Shown: positions 28,767-33,668 of the stretch, one piece after another
How the letters are laid out: every line of letters starts with the position of its first letter
How positions within the stretch are numbered: the stretch's first letter is position 1
Virus record (IMG/VR): IMGVR_UViG_2703718791_000013
Source of the DNA: a virus
Taxonomy: Duplodnaviria > Heunggongvirae > Uroviricota > Caudoviricetes
Strand: one strand, 5' to 3'
Length of the DNA stretch: 33,668 bases
Made by a program: the position numbers and the translations under genes
Notes under the pieces: generated by a model
Told to the model about the DNA's origin: nothing
Databases searched by the model: none
Seen by the model: only the letters and a program-made list of their open reading frames with translations

Positions 28767-31027
28767 AAGAGCTGTGCTATGGATCTGTTTGCAGTGGAAT
28801 TGAAGCCGCGAGTATTGCCTGGGAACCGTTGGGTATGCGTCCGGCGTGGTTTGCTGAAATCGAGCCTTTTCCATCTGCCGTTCTTGCGCACCGCTGGCCC
28901 CATGTCGCCAACCTTGGCGACATGACAAAACTTGCCAAAAAAGTCCTGGCTGGGGAAATCGAATCCCCTGATGTGCTCGTCGGGGGAACACCTTGTCAGG
29001 CATTCAGTATCGCTGGATTACGTGGTGGGCTTGATGATGAGCGTGGCGCGCTAACTTTAAAGTATGTGGAGCTTGCAAATGCAATTGACGACAAACGGGC
29101 TGAGTCATTTCTCAAACCAGCCGTTATCGTCTGGGAAAATGTCCCAGGAGTCTTGTCATCGGCAGATAACGCCTTCGGATGTTTCCTTGCCGGATTGGCT
29201 GGAGAAGATGCGCCATTTGAACCAGGTGATCGACCTGAATCAGGAAAAAGTAACGCGTTCTGGCGGTGGGATGGCAAAACCGGTTGCCATGCTCCAAAGT
29301 GGCCACAGTGTGGTTGTATTTATGGACCGCAGCGAAAGGTGGCCTGGAGAATCCTTGATGCCCAATACTTCGGAGTGGCACAACGACGCCGACGCGTGTT
29401 TGTTGTCGCAAGTGCTCGAACAGACCTCGATCCCGCAACGGTACTTTTTGAGTTCGAAGGCGTGCGCCGGAATATTGCGCCGAGCCGAAAAAAGAAGGAA
29501 ATCGCTTCCGCCATTACTGCAAATGGCGCTGCAATCAGTGGCGAAAGCCTAAATCCATGCCTACACGCTGGCATGTCCCCCGGTATGAAATCGACGAAAG
29601 CCGTAAACGGTTTCAGGATGGCGGCATTTGGGGAATATATTGACGATGAAACCGCATCGACAGTAAAGGCAAGAGACTTTAAAGATGCCACTGACCTTGC
29701 CGTTTTTAGCAGCACAGGAGCAGGTTTTTGGTCAGAAGGGCATGGTACATTGCGGGCACGTGAGCAAGAAAGCCATGAGCATCTTGTTACATTGGCTTTT
29801 CCTGAGCGTATGAGCGGTACACAACATGCTGCAACTAAGAATACTTCACCATCTCTAATGGCTAAAAATCCAACAGCTGTTTGCTATGAAGTAAGAAACG
29901 CAGAAGTAGCTGTCCGCCGTCTTACCCCTGTCGAATGTGAAAGGCTGCAAGGTTTTCCTGATGGGCATACGTTGATCCCGACGGAAAAGCGTAAAAAAGT
30001 TAATTCAGATGAACTGGCATATCTTCGCAATCACTATCCAGATTTAAGCGAAGAAGAGGCCGCGATGCTTGCAGCTGACGGACCGCGTTACAAAGCGATC
30101 GGCAATAGTATGGCAATACCAGTAATGCGCTGGATTGGCGATCGGATTACTAAGGCCGTATGTCGGCAGAAAGAAGGAAGTGAAACAAAAGAGCGAAAAG
30201 TTAAACCAGCGGCAGAATTCGAACGGTCCATATTCAAATGGGCTGGTGGAAAATTTGGTGTTCTGGAACAAATCTTTCGCTATTTGCCAGAAGGGAAGCG
30301 CCTGATTGAACCTTTCGTTGGTGGCGGAGCTGTCTTCATGAATGCCGGATACCAGGAAAATCTGCTAAATGATGTGAATGCTGACCTGATTAACTTTTAC
30401 AAGACTCTGCAACGCGAGGCGCATTCACTTATCACTCTGGCACATCGTTTCTTCCAGGACTACAACACACAGGAAGGATACCTGGCAGTACGGAATGCGT
30501 TTAACAAACAAGTCTATGATGATTTACATCGCGCAGCGGCGTTTTTGTTCCTGAACCGACATTGTTTTAACGGATTGACGCGTTACAACCAGGCCGGTGA
30601 GTTCAATGTCGGTTATGGGAAGTATAAAACTCCGTATTTCCCATTACAGGAGATGGAAACCTTCCTCGGTGCGGAAGGGCGGTCTGAGTTTGTATGCGGT
30701 GATTTTGCAGCGGTGATTGAAGCTGCCGGAGAAGGAGATGTCATCTTTTGCGATCCGCCGTATGAACCGCTTCCAAATACAGAGGGATTCACGAACTATT
30801 CCGGTCATGACTTTAAGTTTGAAGAGCAAAAACGCCTGGTGTCTCTGTTGACGGATGCTCATCGTCGAGGTGCAAAGGTTCTCATTACTAACAGTGGCGC
30901 GCCAAACATCAGAGAGCTTTATCATGACAGTGGCTTCAGAGTGGAACCTCTTTTTGCCAGACGTTCTGTGTCTTGTAAGGGGGACACTCGAGGTGTAGCT
31001 CATGACGTTTTGGGTATATTGCTCTAA
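28763..31027 (+). CDS. dmt: Bifunctional DNA methyltransferase: N-terminal C5-cytosine MTase domain fused to a C-terminal Dam-like N6-adenine MTase domain, 754 aa
   Basis: ORF track, GTG start overlapping the hrdC stop. C5-MTase motifs [22 protein letters not shown] and ENVPGV in the N-terminal half. Dam motifs FKWAGGK and DPPY in the C-terminal half. Confidence 0.85.
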   Translation: MKELCYGSVCSGIEAASIAWEPLGMRPAWFAEIEPFPSAVLAHRWPHVANLGDMTKLAKKVLAGEIESPDVLVGGTPCQAFSIAGLRGGLDDERGALTLKYVELANAIDDKRAESFLKPAVIVWENVPGVLSSADNAFGCFLAGLAGEDAPFEPGDRPESGKSNAFWRWDGKTGCHAPKWPQCGCIYGPQRKVAWRILDAQYFGVAQRRRRVFVVASARTDLDPATVLFEFEGVRRNIAPSRKKKEIASAITANGAAISGESLNPCLHAGMSPGMKSTKAVNGFRMAAFGEYIDDETASTVKARDFKDATDLAVFSSTGAGFWSEGHGTLRAREQESHEHLVTLAFPERMSGTQHAATKNTSPSLMAKNPTAVCYEVRNAEVAVRRLTPVECERLQGFPDGHTLIPTEKRKKVNSDELAYLRNHYPDLSEEEAAMLAADGPRYKAIGNSMAIPVMRWIGDRITKAVCRQKEGSETKERKVKPAAEFERSIFKWAGGKFGVLEQIFRYLPEGKRLIEPFVGGGAVFMNAGYQENLLNDVNADLINFYKTLQREAHSLITLAHRFFQDYNTQEGYLAVRNAFNKQVYDDLHRAAAFLFLNRHCFNGLTRYNQAGEFNVGYGKYKTPYFPLQEMETFLGAEGRSEFVCGDFAAVIEAAGEGDVIFCDPPYEPLPNTEGFTNYSGHDFKFEEQKRLVSLLTDAHRRGAKVLITNSGAPNIRELYHDSGFRVEPLFARRSVSCKGDTRGVAHDVLGILL

Positions 31028-31047
31028 TAAATTTATTAGTGTAATAT
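31018..31047 (+). promoter_or_regulatory. Perfect C1 operator (ATTGCTCTAATAAATTT) within a 16-bp palindrome, coincident with a promoter (TTGCTC, 17-nt spacer, TAATAT)
   Basis: Operator is an exact consensus match and overlaps the dmt stop codon. CTAATAAATTTATTAG is its own reverse complement. The -35 and -10 hexamers are spaced by 17 nt. Confidence 0.65.
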
Positions 31048-31208
31048 CGCCTCAATGAATCGTGATTTATAGAGCGATTTAGCTGTTAGCCGCGACAGGC
31101 GCGGCGGTAAGCATGGCTGGGCCTAGTCCTCCCAGACAAACCACCGAGTTGCCAGGTTGACCATGCGCCTAAGTGGCAACCCCGAAGTGCGTTACGAGCT
31201 TCCAGTTT

Positions 31209-31234
31209 GCCCATCTTCGGGTGGGCGTTTTTTT
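31209..31234 (+). terminator. Intrinsic terminator (gcccatc-ttcg-ggtgggc then an 8-T run)
   Basis: Hairpin plus T-run about 180 nt downstream of the promoter at 31018-31047, with no ORF in between. Confidence 0.45.
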
Positions 31235-31415
31235 CAGGGTTTTCGTCATGGTTAGCGACTTTGCGGCGGTTTAGAAACTGACCATTAAAGTAAATGCAAA
31301 CGATGATCTGATGATGGTAGCGGCCTAAGAAGCCAGATGCCACGGGGTATGAGTCGTCCCCCGTCAAAAAATCGACCGCAGAGTGTCCCCGTCTGTGTAT
31401 TAGGGAACGGGGAGG

Positions 31416-31496
31416 CACAACAGGTAAGGGCGCTGGTGTGATTAACCAGATGAACGAGAAGGGGCCATCTGTTGGTCAGCGTCCTTTCCTGTTGCG
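31416..31496 (+). repeat. Long-stem hairpin element E (CACAACAGGTAAGGG ... CCTTTCCTGTTG family)
   Basis: Closing stem of about 18 bp with one mismatch. Followed by a T-rich run. Member of the five-copy family described in the findings. Confidence 0.5.
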
Positions 31497-31699
31497 TTTT
31501 CTTTTCAGCGTAACAGCGGTGCTTAACAGCACTTTGGGTACAGTTCCACGAATTTACGGGTATATCCCGTCATGCTGAAGGCGCTAATCACGCTGGAAGC
31601 CAGGGTTGTGCATCCCCTGTTACCGAATTGCAGCCAGGGCGCGGTGCGCCGAAAAGCATACGGAGGTGGAAGCCCTCGCCGGAGACGTACCCGGCAAGT

Positions 31700-31775
31700 G
31701 ATGGTGTAGCTCAGCGGTTAGAGCGGTTGACTGTTAATCAACGGGTCGATGGTTCAAATCCATCCACCATCGCCA
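31700..31775 (+). tRNA. tRNA-Asn (anticodon GTT), with encoded CCA
   Basis: Hand-folded cloverleaf: acceptor GATGGTG/CACCATC, D-stem GCTC/GAGC, anticodon stem GTTGA/TCAAC with loop CTGTTAA, T-arm GATGG-TTCAAAT-CCATC, discriminator G, CCA. Confidence 0.85.
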
Positions 31776-31777
31776 AT

Positions 31778-31853
31778 GCCGGTTTAGCTCAGTTGGTAGA
31801 GCGCCTGCCTTGTAAGCAGGATGTCAGCGGTTCGAGTCCGTTAATCGGCACCA
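31778..31853 (+). tRNA. tRNA-Thr (anticodon TGT), with encoded CCA
   Basis: Hand-folded cloverleaf: acceptor GCCGGTT/AATCGGC (one G-U), D-stem GCTC/GAGC, anticodon stem CCTGC/GCAGG with loop CTTGTAA, T-arm AGCGG-TTCGAGT-CCGTT, discriminator A, CCA. Only 2 nt after tRNA-Asn. Confidence 0.85.
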
Positions 31854-31854
31854 G

Positions 31855-31964
31855 CACAACAGGTAAGGGTATTTTGCGACGTCGGAGATCGCCGAGCTTG
31901 GCAGAGGGTTCGAATCCCTACGAAGTACCCTTACCGTTGTGATGAATGCGCAGGCTGATGCGCG
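31855..31964 (+). repeat. Long-stem hairpin element A, with an internal tRNA T-arm-like hairpin (GAGGGTTCGAATCCCT) and a 3' hairpin GCGCAGGCTGATGCGC
   Basis: Stem CACAAC-a-GGTAAGGGTA pairs perfectly with TACCCTTACC-GTTGTG. Starts 2 nt after the tRNA-Thr CCA. Confidence 0.5.
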
Positions 31965-32060
31965 AAAGACATTGCAGCTATTGCGGAAAAGAGCTGTTCG
32001 GCGGGGCAATTAAACGCCCGTGAGAGTCTGAAATAACCGCAAGCCGGAGATCAGCACCGG

Positions 32061-32142
32061 TCATCACAACACAACAGGTAAGGGCATTCTCCCTTATGGA
32101 GCTTGACTTAAATGCATCGAGTGCTCTTACCGTTGTGATGAA
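32061..32142 (+). repeat. Long-stem hairpin element B
   Basis: Outer stem TCATCACAAC/GTTGTGATGA (10 bp perfect) and inner stem GGTAAGGGCATTC/GAGTGCTCTTACC, in which the only two non-Watson-Crick positions are G-U pairs. Confidence 0.5.
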
Positions 32143-32273
32143 GTGCAGCTCTTTGAAGCAACCAGAAGATAAGCATCTGGCTTCACAACATAAACCGCAG
32201 GAACGACCAATAAACGGTAGTCCGTATGGAGAACACCCCGTTGAGGAAGAGGCCTGGCCGGAACCGTAACCGG

Positions 32274-32395
32274 CACTATAACGTTGAGAACACTGGCGTA
32301 ACGGGGTCATATCCCAATCTACGAATAAATGTTGCGTTGCAGCGTGACAACCAGTGTTCTCAACATTGTGGTGAATGCACAGGCTGATGTGCCGC
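32274..32395 (+). repeat. Long-stem hairpin element C (different stem sequence, same architecture) plus 3' hairpin GCACAGGCTGATGTGC
   Basis: 23-bp stem CACTATAACGTTGAGAACACTGG / CCAGTGTTCTCAACATTGTGGTG. Interior TAACGGGGTCATATCCCAATCTAC is shared with element D. The 3' hairpin shows compensatory changes relative to element A. Confidence 0.5.
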
Positions 32396-32552
32396 AACTA
32401 CAGTAGTGCGCGCTTTGCGGGGCTTGCTACAACCCTGTGTCGGAGTTCAGCACCGACCATCACAGTTTGATTCTCTGGCATGAGCATAACGCTGAAATAA
32501 GTCCAGTCTGGTGCGGCCCGATCACCCGCCGTTAGCTCCACGAAACGGAGCA

Positions 32553-32645
32553 CGTAACAGGTAAGAGCATTCTCCTGTAACGGGTTCATATCCCAATCTA
32601 CAGGTCCACCAGGAATGCTCTTTCCGTTGCGGTGAATGCGGCTAA
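32553..32645 (+). repeat. Long-stem hairpin element D
   Basis: Stem GGTAAGAGCATTC(tc)CTG / CAGGAATGCTCTTTCC with outer CGTAAC/GTTGCG. Interior TAACGGGTTCATATCCCAATCTAC. Confidence 0.5.
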
Positions 32646-32737
32646 GCGCACGCGGAACAGTTAAAACAATCCTCCTTAATGGTTAAACATTCCGACGTTA
32701 ATTGTTAACTGGTTAACGTCACCGGGAGGCACTCGGC

Positions 32738-32757
32738 ACCGCAATCTAATAAATATG
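32738..32757 (+). promoter_or_regulatory. Degenerate C1-operator-like site (GCAATCTAATAAATATG) upstream of tciA
   Basis: Retains the CTAATAAAT core but the 5' half diverges from the operator consensus. Confidence 0.3.
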
Positions 32758-32780
32758 TCACTTTTATTGAGGGATAACCA

Positions 32781-33215
32781 ATGTTCGGTAAATTGTTCGG
32801 CAAGAAAGTCGCTTCTGCAAAAGTAGAGCTGAAAAAAGTTGAGAATCGCGATCTGATGGAGGCCATCATCGGTGGCTGTTTGTTGGTGTCTGCCGCTGAT
32901 GGTGAAATCGAAAAAGAAGAAACAGCGAAACTTGATCAGCTTGTCCGCTCTAATCCGCGTCTTAGTCATTTTGGTAACGAAATTACTGCAACAATTACCC
33001 GCTTTACCGAGCAACTGGAAGCTGGCTTCCGTGTTGGTCGCATGAATATCCTTCGCGAAATTGAAGATATCAAAAACGATCCAAAAGAAGCGGAAGAAGT
33101 ATTCGTTAACATGCTGACAATTGCAGAAGCGGACGGTGAAATCGAGCCAGCAGAACACAAAGTACTGGAAGAAGTAGGCCGTCGTTTAGGTCTTCGTGTG
33201 GAAGATTATCTGTAA
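32781..33215 (+). CDS. tciA: TerB-family protein (tellurite-resistance-like), 144 aa
   Basis: ORF track. Two AADGEIE / AEADGEIE segments characteristic of TerB. Position matches P1 tciA. Confidence 0.7.
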   Translation: MFGKLFGKKVASAKVELKKVENRDLMEAIIGGCLLVSAADGEIEKEETAKLDQLVRSNPRLSHFGNEITATITRFTEQLEAGFRVGRMNILREIEDIKNDPKEAEEVFVNMLTIAEADGEIEPAEHKVLEEVGRRLGLRVEDYL

Positions 33216-33322
33216 TGGCAAGCAAGGCACGTATCGCAATCGCCATTGGTTTTCTCTTGCTGTCCGTGCTGGTGGATTTCACCAGCACAATCCTGTCAGT
33301 TTTATCGGACGGGGCGTTGTGA
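33215..33322 (+). pseudogene. Truncated membrane-protein gene (35 codons), reading frame ended by the TGA of the IS inverted repeat; probably a disrupted tciB
   Basis: ATG overlaps the tciA stop (TAATG). Encodes MASKARIAIAIGFLLLSVLVDFTSTILSVLSDGAL, then a stop supplied by the first three bases of the IS terminal repeat at 33320. Confidence 0.45.
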
Positions 33323-33668
33323 ACCGCCCCGGGTTTCCTGGAGAGTATTTTATCTGTGAACTCAGGCTGCCAGATCATTATTTCCGATGGAAGCATAATA
33401 AGCTTTTTCTGCTTCTGCCGGAGGAATATGGCCCAGCCTTTCCAGCAATCGTCGATTGTTATACCAGTCCACCCACGTTCGTGTGGCCAGTTCCACTTCT
33501 GTCCGGTTTTTCCAGCTATTACGGTGTATTACCTCCGCTTTGTAAAGACCATTGATGCTCTCAGCCATCGCGTTGTCATACGAGTCGCCAGTACTCCCTG
33601 TTGATGCCAGTAATCCGGCTTCCTTAAGCCGCTGCGCGTAGGCCAGCGATACATACTGAGAACCTTTA
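33320..33668 (-). mobile_element. IS3-family insertion sequence (IS629/IS3411-like end), right end only; remainder lies beyond the window
   Basis: Terminal inverted repeat TGAACCGCCCCGGGTTTCCTGGAGAGT at 33320, close to the IS629-type end as I recall it. Transposase C-terminus on the minus strand ends about 40 bp inside the repeat. Confidence 0.7.
33362..33668 (-). CDS. IS3-family transposase (OrfB), C-terminal part only
   Basis: ORF track shows 33362..33568, but the frame stays open to the window end. My translation reads ...GSQYVSLAYAQRLKEAGLLASTGSTGDSYDNAMAESINGLYKAEVIHR..., the DDE-region signature of IS3-family transposases. Confidence 0.7.
   Translation of the reverse strand, partial: KGSQYVSLAYAQRLKEAGLLASTGSTGDSYDNAMAESINGLYKAEVIHRNSWKNRTEVELATRTWVDWYNNRRLLERLGHIPPAEAEKAYYASIGNNDLAA

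Noticed and set aside
31086-31418. 110-aa minus-strand ORF between the dmt operator and element E
   Set aside because: Arg/His/Gly-rich improbable composition, and the interval is better explained by the promoter, hairpins and terminator on the + strand.
31862-31936. Element A as a third, canonical tRNA gene
   Set aside because: The acceptor-like stem GGTAAGG/CCTTACC and a T-arm-like hairpin exist, but the T-arm is separated from the 3' acceptor strand by 8 nt and there is no anticodon arm in register or encoded CCA. Kept as a tRNA-like element instead.
31628-31942. 104-aa + strand ORF
   Set aside because: It reads straight through both tRNA genes, so it is an artefact of open frame across RNA genes.
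31978-32589. Minus-strand ORFs of 139 aa and 63 aa across the hairpin array
   Set aside because: Products are Cys/Ser/His/Arg-rich with no recognisable fold, lack ribosome-binding sites, and run antisense through the conserved hairpin stems. Treated as non-coding.
31386-32650. Integron attC-like sites or a CRISPR array
   Set aside because: Units are separated by non-coding DNA, not gene cassettes or uniform spacers. Repeats are long imperfect hairpins rather than short identical direct repeats, and no integrase or cas gene is nearby.
32676-33158. 160-aa minus-strand ORF opposite tciA
   Set aside because: Antisense to the TerB-like gene; Phe/Cys-rich and without a ribosome-binding site.

Overview
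This window reads as a segment of a P1-like temperate phage-plasmid (Escherichia phage P1 family), identified from protein motifs and DNA sites I recognise; no database search was run. On the minus strand at the left is a tail module ending in the start of the tail-fibre gene S, with a Sit-like transglycosylase/tape-measure protein. Then come the immI region (C1 operator, icd, nested ant1/ant2), kilA-repL, a late operon (major head and sheath proteins), and the plasmid maintenance block parS-parB-parA, incA iterons, repA and the oriR/incC origin. To the right are a PAAR-protein operon, a C1-controlled uhr-hrdC(RdgC-like)-dmt operon, tRNA-Asn and tRNA-Thr, and a TerB-like tciA. Against this backbone, four things stand out: (1) an AT-rich three-gene cassette of signal-peptide proteins where P1 carries its sim locus; (2) a hok/mok toxin module after repL; (3) a family of five related long-stem hairpin elements flanking the tRNA pair in about 1.6 kb without convincing ORFs, downstream of a perfectly palindromic C1 operator/promoter; (4) an IS3-family element whose inverted repeat truncates the gene after tciA. 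The hairpin array and the secreted-protein cassette are the best candidates for undescribed function. P1 gene names for the less distinctive structural proteins are from memory of gene order and are tentative.
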